32,000 nt of DNA from Pseudothioglobus sp. nBUS_23 (GCF_051201565.1 NZ_CP179200.1:450001-482000); one strand, 5' to 3'. Positions 9,601 through 19,769 are shown, counted from the stretch's first letter. A program made the numbers and translations. The notes: a model not told the origin generated them from the sequence alone.

Positions 9601-10397
9601 TTAAAAAACTCCTTAAGTTTAAGACCAGGATCAACATCCCTCATAAAGGTCTCACCAATCAAAAAACCAAACACATTGTTTTGATGCATCAGTTCGATAT
9701 CTTGTTTGGTTTTGATGCCTGACTCTGTAATTACTAACTTATCATCGCCAATTTCTGAGAGTAAGTCAATGGTCGTTTGAAGAGTGACCTCAAAATTACG
9801 AAGGTTTCTATTGTTTATACCAAGCAGTGGTAAGTCTAGTTTCAAGGCTCGGTTAAGCTCGTCTCGGTCATGCACTTCAACCAGCGTATCCATTCCAAGT
9901 GAAGTAGCTAAATCACTTAAATCTTTCAATTCCTCATCATCAAGACAAGATGCAATTAATAATATACAGTCTGCGCCAATGGCTCTAGATTCATAGACCT
10001 GATAGGGATGAATAATAAAGTCTTTTCGAATGACTGGAATCTTTACCGCTGCTCTTGCTTTAATTAAGTATAAAGGATCTCCCTGAAAAAAATCTCGATC
10101 AGTTAGAATGGAAAGGCAGCTTGCCCCTCCCGACTCATAGCTCTTTGCTATTGCAACGGGATCAAAGTCTTCTCTGAGAACGCCTTTGCTTGGAGAGGCT
10201 TTCTTAATTTCAGCAATAACGCCGCTCTCTTGTTTTTGGACTTTATTGTGCAAAGCCATATAGAACCCTCGAGCTTTATCAGCATTAGAAGACAATTCAA
10301 TCATTCTTTCAAGCGGGACCCTAGTTATTGAATCTGTAATTTCTTCGTGCTTTCTAGAAACAATTTTTTTAAGAATGTCAGGTGTTTTTTGTGCCAT
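9597..10397 (-). CDS. trpC: Indole-3-glycerol phosphate synthase
   Basis: IAEIKKASPSKG, LSILTD, LVEVH and GINNRNL motifs; 266 aa. Confidence 0.95.
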   Translation of the reverse strand: MAQKTPDILKKIVSRKHEEITDSITRVPLERMIELSSNADKARGFYMALHNKVQKQESGVIAEIKKASPSKGVLREDFDPVAIAKSYESGGASCLSILTDRDFFQGDPLYLIKARAAVKIPVIRKDFIIHPYQVYESRAIGADCILLIASCLDDEELKDLSDLATSLGMDTLVEVHDRDELNRALKLDLPLLGINNRNLRNFEVTLQTTIDLLSEIGDDKLVITESGIKTKQDIELMHQNNVFGFLIGETFMRDVDPGLKLKEFFK

Positions 10398-10474
10398 GCT
10401 TCTAAGGATTTTGTAACTATGCCTATTTTAAACGAATATAATTTACGTATATATTTATGTATTGAGCAAAGTTC

Positions 10475-11314
10475 ATGAATTTACTAGATTTTCAAGCAGG
10501 GATTGAACACCCATTTTTTTTGATTGCTGGGCCGTGCGTTATTGAATCAGAGGCCTTAGCAATGGAGAGTTCGAGTTATCTTAAGAAAGTTTGTGAAGAG
10601 TTAGATATCAACTTTATATATAAGTCATCTTTTGATAAGGCGAATAGAACCAGTGCAGAGAGTTTTCGTGGCTTGGGGATAGAAAAAGGTCTTCGGATTC
10701 TTGAAAAAGTTAAATCAGAAGTTGGTGTTGCAGTTTTAACTGATGTTCATGAAGACACGCCCTTAGGTGAAGTGAGTTCAGTAGTTGATGTTCTTCAAAC
10801 GCCAGCATTTCTAGTAAGACAAACCAATTTTATTCAAAATGTTTGTAGCCAAGGATTGCCTGTGAATATCAAAAAAGGTCAATTCCAGGCGCCATGGGAT
10901 ATGGAAAATGTTGTTGAGAAGGCTAAATCTACTGGTAATGAGAAAATTATGATTTGCGATAGAGGCACTTCATTTGGTTACAACACTCTGGTTTCAGATA
11001 TGAGAGGACTGTCCAGTATGAGGTCAACCAATTGTCCCATAATTTTTGATGCAACTCATTCTGTTCAGCAGCCTGGAGGTATGGGCACAACATCTGGCGG
11101 ACAAAGAGAGATGGTTCCTGTTCTAGCGAGGGCAGCTGTGGCCTCTGGAGTTTCTGGAGTCTTTATGGAGACTCATCCAAATCCAGATCAGGCAAAAAGT
11201 GACGGTCAAAACTCTATGCCTATTAACTTAATGTTTACTCTTTTAGAGACTCTCAAAGAGATTGATGCAGTGACCAAAAAAAATAATTTATTAGAGGACT
11301 CGATTAATGACTAG
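10475..11314 (+). CDS. kdsA: 3-deoxy-8-phosphooctulonate (KDO-8-P) synthase
   Basis: [25 protein letters not shown] and [11 protein letters not shown] motifs; 279 aa. Confidence 0.95.
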   Translation: MNLLDFQAGIEHPFFLIAGPCVIESEALAMESSSYLKKVCEELDINFIYKSSFDKANRTSAESFRGLGIEKGLRILEKVKSEVGVAVLTDVHEDTPLGEVSSVVDVLQTPAFLVRQTNFIQNVCSQGLPVNIKKGQFQAPWDMENVVEKAKSTGNEKIMICDRGTSFGYNTLVSDMRGLSSMRSTNCPIIFDATHSVQQPGGMGTTSGGQREMVPVLARAAVASGVSGVFMETHPNPDQAKSDGQNSMPINLMFTLLETLKEIDAVTKKNNLLEDSIND

Positions 11315-12038
11315 GATTGCGATCAACGGATCAAAAGGTAAGATGGGACAAGCACTCATTGAGGCAATCAATTCCAGCTCGCAATCAGATTTTGGTGCTG
11401 GTTTTGATAAAGGTGATAACTTAATTGACTCAATAAGTAATTTCGAGGTTCTGATTGATTTTTCTAGGCCAGAGGCCTCTCTGAATGCATTAGCAGTCTG
11501 CAAGGATGCGGGGAAAGCAATGGTTATTGGCACGACTGGCTTTACTGATTCTGAGCTTGAACTCATTGGGCAAGCTTCAAAAGAGATTCCGATTGTTTTT
11601 GCGCCCAATATGAGCGTTGGTGTGAACTTAACCCTTAAAATTTTGGAGACCTCCGCAAAAGTTATTGGATCCGATTCAAGTATTGAAATTATTGAAGCTC
11701 ATCACCGCTATAAGGTTGATTCTCCTTCTGGGACTGCGCTTAAAATGGGAGAGGTAATTGCTAATGCACTTGGGAGAGATCTCGCAGAATGTGCAATCTA
11801 TGGTCGCGAGGGTATTGAGGAGCCTCGAGATCAAAATACAATCGGGTTCTCATCGATTAGAGGTGGCGACGTAGTTGGAGAACACACTGTAGCCTTTTTT
11901 ATGGACGGAGAAAGGGTTGAAATTACTCACAAAGCATCTTCACGAATGATTTATGCAAATGGCGCAGTGAGAGCAGCGAATTGGTTATCTGATAAGCCAA
12001 GTGGTCTTTATTCAATGCAAGATGTATTAGAATTGTAG
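11307..12038 (+). CDS. dapB: 4-hydroxy-tetrahydrodipicolinate reductase
   Basis: [11 protein letters not shown] dinucleotide fold, IDFSRPE, GTTGF and [15 protein letters not shown]. There is an 8-bp overlap with kdsA. Confidence 0.95.
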   Translation: MTRIAINGSKGKMGQALIEAINSSSQSDFGAGFDKGDNLIDSISNFEVLIDFSRPEASLNALAVCKDAGKAMVIGTTGFTDSELELIGQASKEIPIVFAPNMSVGVNLTLKILETSAKVIGSDSSIEIIEAHHRYKVDSPSGTALKMGEVIANALGRDLAECAIYGREGIEEPRDQNTIGFSSIRGGDVVGEHTVAFFMDGERVEITHKASSRMIYANGAVRAANWLSDKPSGLYSMQDVLEL

Positions 12039-12047
12039 GGAGATGTT

Positions 12048-12347
12048 ATGCTCTATGCCATTATTTCACAAGATGTTGAAAATAGTTTAGAAAAGAGAAA
12101 GGGAGCTAGGCCTGATCATATTGCAAGGCTTAATAAGCTTCAAGACCAAGGGCGACTTATTTTGGCAGGCCCTCATCCATCGATTGATGTCTCAGACCCG
12201 GGTGAAGCGGGTTTTTCTGGATCTTTAATTGTTGCTAAATTTGATGACCTGAAGCAGGCTAGAGAGTGGGCCGAGGCTGACCCTTATGTCAATGCAGGTG
12301 TTTATTCAAGTGTTGTCGTAAAGCCATTCAATAAGGTTTTGCCTTAA
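12048..12347 (+). CDS. YciI family protein
   Basis: 99 aa with RPDHIARL...ILAGP...DPY, typical YciI-like length and pattern. Confidence 0.8.
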   Translation: MLYAIISQDVENSLEKRKGARPDHIARLNKLQDQGRLILAGPHPSIDVSDPGEAGFSGSLIVAKFDDLKQAREWAEADPYVNAGVYSSVVVKPFNKVLP

Positions 12348-12443
12348 AGTCTCCCAATGGATTTATTTTCAAGGATAATTTGGCACTTTTATAAAATCAT
12401 ATAGACCTCAAGGAGATAAAGGCAACTTAAAGTCTTAAGACTC

Positions 12444-13220
12444 ATGATTACAGTAAAAAACTTATCCAAGCACTTTGGCGGAATCAAGGCTGTAGATGGT
12501 GTTGATTTGCATATTGATAGAGGTTCAATAACGGGTTTAGTTGGTCCTAATGGTGCTGGCAAAACGACAATGTTTAACCTGATTGCCGGGCTCTATCAGC
12601 CTACCGAGGGTGAAATTATATTGGACGGTGAGGATGTGACAGAGCTTACCTCCCACCAGTTATTCCATAAAGGCTTACTGAGAACATTTCAAATTGCACA
12701 CGAGTTCCCAACACTCAGTGTCCTTGAAAACTTAATGATGGTTCCAGCTGATCAGCTTGGCGAGAATCTTATAAATACCTGGTTAAAAAGAAAGCAGATC
12801 CATGAGGAAGAAAAAGCACTTCAAGCCAAAGCAGAAGAAGTTGTAGATTTTTTGAGCATAAGCCATCTCAAAAATGAGAGAGCAGGGAACCTGTCAGGTG
12901 GGCAGAAAAAATTATTGGAGCTAGCTCGCACCATGATGGTTGATGCTAAAGTTGTTCTTCTTGATGAAGTTGGTGCGGGAGTTAACAGGACGCTTTTAAA
13001 ACAAATTGGAGATGCAATCATAAGGCTTAATGAAGAGAGAGGGTATACGTTTTGCATGATTGAGCACGATATGGATTTTATTTCTAGGCTTTGTGACCCA
13101 GTAGTGGTTCTTGCAGAAGGTCAAATTTTAACGACTGGAACTCCAGAAGAAATAAAGAGTAGTGATGCAGTAATTGAAGCCTATCTGGGTAAAGGTATCA
13201 AAACTGAGGTAGCTAACTAA
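12444..13220 (+). CDS. livG: Branched-chain amino acid type (HAAT family) ABC transporter ATP-binding protein, LivG-like
   Basis: N-terminus ITVKNLSKHFGGIKAV, Walker A GPNGAGKTT, signature LSGGQKKLLE, Walker B VLLDEV; 258 aa as for LivG. Confidence 0.9.
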   Translation: MITVKNLSKHFGGIKAVDGVDLHIDRGSITGLVGPNGAGKTTMFNLIAGLYQPTEGEIILDGEDVTELTSHQLFHKGLLRTFQIAHEFPTLSVLENLMMVPADQLGENLINTWLKRKQIHEEEKALQAKAEEVVDFLSISHLKNERAGNLSGGQKKLLELARTMMVDAKVVLLDEVGAGVNRTLLKQIGDAIIRLNEERGYTFCMIEHDMDFISRLCDPVVVLAEGQILTTGTPEEIKSSDAVIEAYLGKGIKTEVAN

Positions 13221-13924
13221 TGGCGTATCTTGAAGGTAAAAATCTAGTTGCCTCATATGGCGTTGTTCCAATTCTTCATGAGTGCTCTGTTGAAGTAGAA
13301 AAGGGTGAGCTTGCAGTTATAGTTGGCCCAAATGGGGCTGGTAAATCAACTGTAATGAGAGTTCTTTTAGGAATGCTTGAAGCAACTTCAGGCTCTGTCA
13401 CCTTAGATGGCAATGATATTTCTATACTTTCTACTCAGGATAGAATTAGTCAAGGATTGGCATTTGTCCCACAAACAAAAAATGTTTTTCCATCAATGAC
13501 AGTCGAAGAAAATCTCCAAATGGGAGGTTTTATTAGGAAAGATGATATTAGTAATACTATCAATGACGTCTATGAGCTTTTCCCTATTCTCTTCGAAAAG
13601 CGTAAGCAACTGGCTGAACAATTATCTGGTGGCCAAAGACAACAAGTTGCTTTTGGCAGGGCCATGATGACTAAGCCTTCGGTCATGCTTCTAGATGAGC
13701 CAACTGCGGGAGTATCGCCCATCGTAATGGATGAGATTTTTTCTAACATACTTGACGTTAAAAATGCAGGTATGGCAGTCTTAATGGTTGAGCAAAATGC
13801 TCAACAGGCACTCAATATTGCTGATAAAGGTTTTGTATTAGTATCAGGACGCAATGAACACACCGGAACTGGAAAAGCCCTTATTAATGACAATGAAGTT
13901 CGTAAGAAATTTTTAGGAGGGTAA
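13220..13924 (+). CDS. livF: HAAT-family ABC transporter ATP-binding protein, LivF-like
   Basis: Walker A GPNGAGKST, LSGGQRQQVA, LLDEPTAG and a LivF-like C-terminus NEVRKKFLGG. The start overlaps the livG stop in TAATG. Confidence 0.9.
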   Translation: MAYLEGKNLVASYGVVPILHECSVEVEKGELAVIVGPNGAGKSTVMRVLLGMLEATSGSVTLDGNDISILSTQDRISQGLAFVPQTKNVFPSMTVEENLQMGGFIRKDDISNTINDVYELFPILFEKRKQLAEQLSGGQRQQVAFGRAMMTKPSVMLLDEPTAGVSPIVMDEIFSNILDVKNAGMAVLMVEQNAQQALNIADKGFVLVSGRNEHTGTGKALINDNEVRKKFLGG

Positions 13925-14956
13925 GTGTCTGACTCAGTTGATATTTTGAATGCCCTTGCTTTGATGACGAACTTTGTCATTCTTCCAGCGCTATCTTATG
14001 GTTCTCAATTAGCTTTAGGCGCATTAGCTGTTACTCTAGTGTATTCAGTTCTCAGGTTCTCTAATTTTGCTCAAGCTGATAGCATGTCCTTTGGAACAAT
14101 GATTGTTATTTTATTGAGCTCTTATTTGATCAGCAAAGGTTGGATCATTTCTGGAATTCCTACAGCGCTATTAGTTATTCCATTCGCTGTTATAGGGATG
14201 TTTGCCTATCTAATAGCAATGGATAGGTTGGTTTATCAGCATTATCGAAAGATAAAAGCTAAGTCAATTACAATAGTTATGGCATCCATTGGTGTGATGT
14301 TTATCACTGGAGGGATTGTAAGATTTATATTGACCGCAAAAGCACAAAAGTTTGCTGATGGTGAGAGGTTTATTTTTTCTGTCAGAGAATTTAAAGCCTT
14401 TACAGGAATGCAACAAGGTATTGCTCTTAAAACATCTCAATTTTTAACCATAACCATAGCAATATTGCTAGTTGCATTTGTTTTTTACTTTCTTCAAAAA
14501 ACTAAAACTGGAAAAGCTATGCGTGCATACTCTGATAATAAGGAGCTGGCACTTTTATCAGGTATTAATCCAGATAAAATGGTTCAAATAACCTGGCTAC
14601 TTGTTGCCGTCTTGACAACAATTGCTGGAACTCTTTATGGGCTAGATAAGGGGTTTGCTCCTCAGCAATATCATTTACTGTTGTTGCCTATATTTGCCTC
14701 AGTTATTGTTGGTGGAATTGGCTCTCCAGTAGGAGCCATTGCAGGGGCTTTTTTAGTTTCATTTTCTGAGGTATTGCTTACTTATGCCTACAAAAAATTT
14801 CTAATGTATCTATTGCCATTATCTTTGCATCCTAATTCTTTAGTTCAACTGATCGGAACGGAGTATAAATATGCAATTTCATTTGTTATTTTGGTAATAG
14901 TTCTTTTAATTAAACCTACAGGTTTATTTAAAGGTAAGGTGATAGTTGATGAATAG
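13925..14956 (+). CDS. livH: HAAT-family ABC transporter permease, LivH-like
   Basis: Polytopic membrane protein. GTG start is preceded by a perfect AGGAGG 5 nt upstream. The KTGKAMRA...D motif is typical of LivH-type permeases. Confidence 0.88.
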   Translation: MSDSVDILNALALMTNFVILPALSYGSQLALGALAVTLVYSVLRFSNFAQADSMSFGTMIVILLSSYLISKGWIISGIPTALLVIPFAVIGMFAYLIAMDRLVYQHYRKIKAKSITIVMASIGVMFITGGIVRFILTAKAQKFADGERFIFSVREFKAFTGMQQGIALKTSQFLTITIAILLVAFVFYFLQKTKTGKAMRAYSDNKELALLSGINPDKMVQITWLLVAVLTTIAGTLYGLDKGFAPQQYHLLLLPIFASVIVGGIGSPVGAIAGAFLVSFSEVLLTYAYKKFLMYLLPLSLHPNSLVQLIGTEYKYAISFVILVIVLLIKPTGLFKGKVIVDE

Positions 14957-16322
14957 TATTAATAATATTTGGGATTCTTATAAGTCTGTTATAAGTTTTT
15001 CTTTGATGGGCCTCATTCTTTTATTTGTAGGTTTTAATCAATCATGGACCTTAGTGCTTGGAATTATAAACTTGTCTTTAATATCTGCAATTATGGCCTT
15101 AGGTGTGAATATTCAGTGGGGTTATGCAGGCCTTTTTAATGTTGGAATAATGGGATTTGCAGCATTGGGAGGGGTTAGCGTGGTTCTTATATCTCAGCAG
15201 CCTGTTGCAGAAGCAGTTGACGTGGGTGGTCTCAAAATGTTTTTTGCTTTAATTACTGGTATAGCAACCATATTAATAGGAGTTATACTCAATAGAAAAG
15301 GTGTAAATAAGTGGATTACAGGTGCTGTTGTAATTGTAGGCTATATTATTGCCAGAAATTTATTCTCTGAGGCATCTAGTCTTATTGAAGACATAAATCC
15401 AGGTCTTGAAGGCTATATGGGAGGTTTTGGGCTTCCAGTATGGCTGTCCTGGATTGTAGGTGGTTTAGCCGCAGCTGGAGCAGCATGGTGGATAGGTAAA
15501 ATTACTTTAAGCTTGAGATCTGATTACCTCGCTATTGCAACCCTTGGTATATCTGAAATCATTATATATGTAGTTAAAAATGAAGACTGGTTTGTAAGGG
15601 GTGTTAAGAATGTAGCTGGCCTGCCAAGGCCAGCACCTTATGAGATTGATATGCAAAACTCTGAATGGTTAAGGGGCATTGTTACCTGGTTTAATAGAGC
15701 GGACCTTGAGCTATTATCTCAATCTGAGAGGCTTACTCAGCTTGCTGAGCTTATGAAGCCAGCTTCAGTAGTATTTGTTAAGCTCTGCTATTCAAGTATC
15801 TTTTTAGCTATTTTGATTGCACTGATTGTACTTTCAAATCTAGCACTTAATTCTCCATGGGGAAGAAAAGTCAGAGCTATTAGGGATAATGAGGTAGCAG
15901 CATCTGCAATGGGCAAAAATATAAAGCGTCAACATCTTCAAATATTTGTTCTGGGCTCAGCAATTGTTGGAATAGCTGGAGCTCTTTTAGTAACTTATGA
16001 CGGTATATTTATACCTACTTCATATCAACCTCTTAGATTTACCTTCCTAATCTGGGTAATGGTTATCGTTGGAGGTTCTGGAAATAACCTAGGCTCTGTA
16101 TTGGGCGCATTTATTATTTGGTTTATGTGGATACAGTCAGGACCTATAGGTCTTTGGATTGTCGAAATGATTGGAAGTAATATGCAAGAGGGAAGTTCAT
16201 CATTGGAGTTTATTGAAGATAGAGTTCATTACCTAAGATTAGTATTTATGGGAAGTATTATGCTCGTTATAATGAGATTTTCTCCTGGTGGTATCCTGCC
16301 AGAAAAAAATAAGGAACTATAA
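14949..16322 (+). CDS. livM: HAAT-family ABC transporter permease, LivM-like
   Basis: Polytopic membrane protein with SDYLAIATLG and GRKVRAIRDNEVAA motifs. I place the start at the ATG at 14949 (the track begins one codon earlier at a TTG). It overlaps the livH end. Confidence 0.88.
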   Translation: MNSINNIWDSYKSVISFSLMGLILLFVGFNQSWTLVLGIINLSLISAIMALGVNIQWGYAGLFNVGIMGFAALGGVSVVLISQQPVAEAVDVGGLKMFFALITGIATILIGVILNRKGVNKWITGAVVIVGYIIARNLFSEASSLIEDINPGLEGYMGGFGLPVWLSWIVGGLAAAGAAWWIGKITLSLRSDYLAIATLGISEIIIYVVKNEDWFVRGVKNVAGLPRPAPYEIDMQNSEWLRGIVTWFNRADLELLSQSERLTQLAELMKPASVVFVKLCYSSIFLAILIALIVLSNLALNSPWGRKVRAIRDNEVAASAMGKNIKRQHLQIFVLGSAIVGIAGALLVTYDGIFIPTSYQPLRFTFLIWVMVIVGGSGNNLGSVLGAFIIWFMWIQSGPIGLWIVEMIGSNMQEGSSSLEFIEDRVHYLRLVFMGSIMLVIMRFSPGGILPEKNKEL

Positions 16323-16422
16323 TTTGTTAAATTGAGTCTAAAGGCGATATTGCACTAGGTTTTTCAGCGCTTTTTTTATATTTAATTTACACAACACATA
16401 TAAAATTGTTTATCATTACCCA

Positions 16423-16482
16423 AATTCCCATTGGAAATTTGCCAAGTAAGGTTGCTAGGCAAGGGGGAATTCTGTTTTTAAA
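16423..16482 (+). promoter_or_regulatory. Candidate 5' leader structure of the binding-protein gene (nested hairpin followed by a U-tract)
   Basis: AATTCCC (16423-16429) pairs with GGGAATT (16465-16471). Inner stem is TTGCC (16439-16443) with GGCAA (16458-16462). CTGTTTTTAAA (16472-16482) and AGGAGATAAA-ATG follow. Hand-folded only. Confidence 0.3.
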
Positions 16483-16494
16483 TTAGGAGATAAA

Positions 16495-17679
16495 ATGAAA
16501 AATATAAAAAGTATTGCTGGTGTTGCTCTTTTAGCAATGATGGCAACTTCATCTCACGCTGCTAAAAGTGTGACTGTAGGTGAGCTTCAAGGTTTTACGG
16601 GTCCACTTGAATCAATGATTGGTGCAATGTCAGGTGGAGCAAACTTGGCAGTGACTGAAGCAAATGCTTCAGGTAGTTTCCTTCAAGGAACAATCAACGT
16701 AGTTCAAGGTGATTCAGTATGTATAGATGCAGCGGTAGCAATTGCACAAGCTGAGAAAATGGTCAATGAGGACAACGTAATGGCTATTATGGGCCCTAAC
16801 TGCTCAGGTAATACAATTGCTGTAATTGAAGGGGTTATTGTACCTAATGGTATTGTCTCAATTTCACCATCAGCTACATCGCCTGCTATTGATGCTTTAG
16901 ACGACGGAGGTTTTTTCTTTAGAACAGCTGCACCTGACACTAAACAAGGTCCAATGCTTGCAAAAGTTGCAATGGCAAGGGGCCAAACTGATATGGCTGT
17001 AACTCACTCAAACAGTGACTATGGAAAGGCTCTAGCAGATGCTTTTGTTGCTGCTTATGAAGAAATGGGTGGAACAGTTACTGTTTTCTCTGCGCATGAA
17101 GATGACAAAGCTGATTACTCAGCTGATGTTGCTGCATTGTCTGCAGGTGGCTCAGCTACATTGGCAGTTTTAGGCTATGCAGATACTGGTGGTAGAGGAA
17201 TTATTGCTGCTTCAGAAGATACTGGTGCATTTACTGATTATATTTTTGGTGATGGTATGATCAGTGAAGTAACAGCAGGTGCTGTTGCAGACGGATCATG
17301 GGGTGCTAAGCCTTCGCCGAGCGCAGAGCTTCAAGCTGCTTGGGAAGTGGTTGCTACTGCAGGTGGAGTAGATGGTAAAGGAGTTTACTCTGGTGAATCT
17401 TATGATGCCATGGCTCTCATTATTCTTGCTGCACAAGCTGCGGGTTCAACTGATAGAGCCGCAATTCAGGCAGAAGTTATGAATGTAGCAAATGCACCTG
17501 GAAATAAGTGCCATGCTGGAAAACTAGGCGAATGTTTGAAAATGATTTCAGGCGGCCTTCCAGTTGATTATGTTGGTGCTACTGGTGTTGAATTGGATGC
17601 TGTCGGAACTCCAAACGGTTCATATGCAGAGCAAGAAGTTATTGCTGGTGCATTTACAACAGTAGAAGTCCATAACTAA
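16495..17679 (+). CDS. Periplasmic substrate-binding protein of the Liv-type (type I PBP) ABC transporter
   Basis: Signal peptide MKNIKSIAGVALLAMMATSSHA/AK. Ala/Gly-rich 394-aa protein with the layout of Leu/Ile/Val-binding-protein family members. Strong RBS AGGAGATAAA directly before the ATG. Ligand not inferable. Confidence 0.85.
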   Translation: MKNIKSIAGVALLAMMATSSHAAKSVTVGELQGFTGPLESMIGAMSGGANLAVTEANASGSFLQGTINVVQGDSVCIDAAVAIAQAEKMVNEDNVMAIMGPNCSGNTIAVIEGVIVPNGIVSISPSATSPAIDALDDGGFFFRTAAPDTKQGPMLAKVAMARGQTDMAVTHSNSDYGKALADAFVAAYEEMGGTVTVFSAHEDDKADYSADVAALSAGGSATLAVLGYADTGGRGIIAASEDTGAFTDYIFGDGMISEVTAGAVADGSWGAKPSPSAELQAAWEVVATAGGVDGKGVYSGESYDAMALIILAAQAAGSTDRAAIQAEVMNVANAPGNKCHAGKLGECLKMISGGLPVDYVGATGVELDAVGTPNGSYAEQEVIAGAFTTVEVHN

Positions 17680-17696
17680 TTTATTTTGAGTTATGT

Positions 17697-17726
17697 AAAA
17701 GCCCATCTTATGATGGGCTTTTTTTT
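17697..17726 (+). terminator. Rho-independent terminator after the binding-protein gene
   Basis: GCCCATC (17701-17707), loop TTAT, GATGGGC (17712-17718), then eight T (17719-26). Preceded by AAAA, so it is potentially bidirectional. Confidence 0.85.
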
Positions 17727-17814
17727 AGCTGCTTAAAAAATAAATCAGTAATTTAGAATTTTATTTTCATTGATACTATAATGTTGGTAGAAGGCGGATT
17801 TGAGGATAAAGCAA

Positions 17815-18174
17815 ATGAATAATAACGAAATTATAGAAAGTATTAAAAAAGCTTTTAGAATTACATTGGAAAAGCTAGATAACCATTACATGTTCTATCT
17901 TGATGAAATGGTGACACCTAAACTCATTACTTTATTTTATTGGATACTCTTATTCGCCTTTATTACAAAAGGTTTGGGCGATATTTTTCTTGAGGGAGAT
18001 TTTTGGAGGGGTTTAGTTTGGGTTGTTGGGGGGTCATTAGCCTCAAGAGTTGCTTGCGAGATGGTCGTTATCTTGTTCAGGATAAATGAGAATTTGAATG
18101 AGATTAATGAAAAAACGTCAGAAAACGATACGCTTAGTCATACCAGCTTCGAAAAAGATTACTATAAGCATTAA
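17815..18174 (+). CDS. Small membrane protein, DUF4282-like
   Basis: Two hydrophobic segments (ITLFYWILLFAFI and LVWVVGGSLASRVACEMVVILF) followed by RINENL, resembling DUF4282 proteins. ATG at 17815 has GAGGA 8 nt upstream; the track TTG at 17800 is less likely. Confidence 0.6.
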   Translation: MNNNEIIESIKKAFRITLEKLDNHYMFYLDEMVTPKLITLFYWILLFAFITKGLGDIFLEGDFWRGLVWVVGGSLASRVACEMVVILFRINENLNEINEKTSENDTLSHTSFEKDYYKH

Positions 18175-18232
18175 ATAATAATCTGACAGTTTTTTAGACT
18201 ACAATAAAGTCTTTTTCAAAGGCTTAAGCTTT

Positions 18233-19096
18233 ATGAATAAAGGCATTCTGCTTGCTCTTTCAGGCTACCTTATGTGGGGATGCTTCCCAATATACTGGGC
18301 ACTTCTTAATCATGTTAACCCCTCAGAAGTTTTGCTACACAGAATGTTATGGTCCGTCCCTGTATTGTTTTTTCTGGTTTATTCTAAACCTTCATGGAGG
18401 CTCAACTTTAAGGAGTCTTTATCCTCAAGGAAAGAGTTATTATTTTTATTGATAACCGCGATTCTCATTACTATTAATTGGGGAGGCTATATTCTTGCAG
18501 TTAATTTAGGCCGAGTCGTTGAAGCTTCTATGGGTTATTTTCTTTCACCTGTTCTAAACATGATTGGCGGGTATTTTTTCTTTCATGAGCGGATTTCAAA
18601 ATTAAAACAATTAGCCGTTCTCTTTGCAACAGTTGGAGCATTATTTTATGTTTTTAGCGGGGATTCATTCCCATGGCTTGGATTTTTGGTTGGGTTTACA
18701 TTCTCAGCTTATGGAATTGCAAGAAAAGCAATGTCCTCTTCAGCAGTTCCAGGGCTATACATCGAAACACTTATTTTGCTTCCATTTTTCTTAGTTTTTT
18801 CAATATGGTTCTATTCAAACTTTGATGGATCTTTTTTTAATATAGATATTTCTACCAACATTTTATTGTTTCTAGCTGGAGCGGTAACAGTTGTTCCCCT
18901 TGCTTTATTTAATGCTGGAGCTAAACTACTTCCTATGACAACGGTTGGTATTTTATTTTTAATAACTCCAACACTTCAATTTTTAGTGGGCTACTATCTT
19001 CAAAATGAGGCAGTTAATTCAAATCAATTGATTGGATTTATTGGAGTGTGGATTGGATTAATTATGTATAGTTATGGTCTTATTAAAGATAAGTAA
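18233..19096 (+). CDS. rarD: EamA/RarD family transporter
   Basis: About 10 TM segments, 287 aa, with the N-terminal GILLALSGYLMWGCFPIYW pattern characteristic of RarD. Confidence 0.8.
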   Translation: MNKGILLALSGYLMWGCFPIYWALLNHVNPSEVLLHRMLWSVPVLFFLVYSKPSWRLNFKESLSSRKELLFLLITAILITINWGGYILAVNLGRVVEASMGYFLSPVLNMIGGYFFFHERISKLKQLAVLFATVGALFYVFSGDSFPWLGFLVGFTFSAYGIARKAMSSSAVPGLYIETLILLPFFLVFSIWFYSNFDGSFFNIDISTNILLFLAGAVTVVPLALFNAGAKLLPMTTVGILFLITPTLQFLVGYYLQNEAVNSNQLIGFIGVWIGLIMYSYGLIKDK

Positions 19097-19133
19097 GAAA
19101 GATAATTTATTAGCTTAATGTTGGTTTATAGTC

Positions 19134-19769
19134 ATGAAAAATACGAAAAATATGATTTCTAAAATTTATGATACATTACATGCTGCGGACTTAGTTGAGC
19201 TGGAGCATATATACAAGAACTGGGCAAAAAAATATGAGAATGACGTAATTAATTTGGCTGGTTATGTGGGCCATTTAATTACCTCAGAGCTTCTTTTAAG
19301 CTATCTCAAGGATACTCAAGCGAAGATACTTGATGCTGGATGTGGAACAGGCCTGGTAGGCGAGATACTTAATAAAAATGAGTTTAAAAATTTGATTGGC
19401 GTTGATTTCTCTCAAGAAATGCTAAATATTGCAAAGCAAAAAAATGTTTACAAATCTCTTGAATTAGCCGATTTAACAAAAAAACTTGATTATGAGGATA
19501 ATTTATTTGATGCTGTCATTTGTGCTGGAACTTTTACCTGTGGACATGTAGGTCCAGAAGTTCTTAATGAGATGGTACGAATCACAAAAAATGAGGGTTA
19601 TATTTGCTTTACTGTAAGAGAACAGGAGTGGGAAGCTGCACCTTATGAGAAAATTATTCAGAGCCTAAAAGTCTCTAATTCATGGTTTGAGGTCGAGCGC
19701 CATATCTCAGATTACAATACTCAGGAAGGCACAAACTGTCAATTATGTTTATTTCAAGTAACTAAATAG
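19134..19769 (+). CDS. Class I SAM-dependent methyltransferase
   Basis: Motif I ILDAGCGTGLVGE, an acidic motif II region (GVDFS) and FDAVICAGTF. Substrate unknown. Confidence 0.8.
   Translation: MKNTKNMISKIYDTLHAADLVELEHIYKNWAKKYENDVINLAGYVGHLITSELLLSYLKDTQAKILDAGCGTGLVGEILNKNEFKNLIGVDFSQEMLNIAKQKNVYKSLELADLTKKLDYEDNLFDAVICAGTFTCGHVGPEVLNEMVRITKNEGYICFTVREQEWEAAPYEKIIQSLKVSNSWFEVERHISDYNTQEGTNCQLCLFQVTK

Noticed and set aside
12381-12395. Sigma-54 promoter upstream of the liv-type operon (perfect -24 element TGGCAC at 12381-12386)
   Set aside because: The -12 position (12392-12395) reads TAAA instead of TTGC, so the GC dinucleotide is missing. A lone TGGCAC hexamer is expected by chance.
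14949-16322. Hydrophilic segment of about 50 aa in the middle of the LivM-like permease (PRPAPYEIDMQNSEWLRG...LTQLAELMK) as a possible novel inserted domain
   Set aside because: E. coli LivM has a comparable hydrophilic insertion at the same position between the GxP loop and the AxRxxE motif, so this is a family feature.
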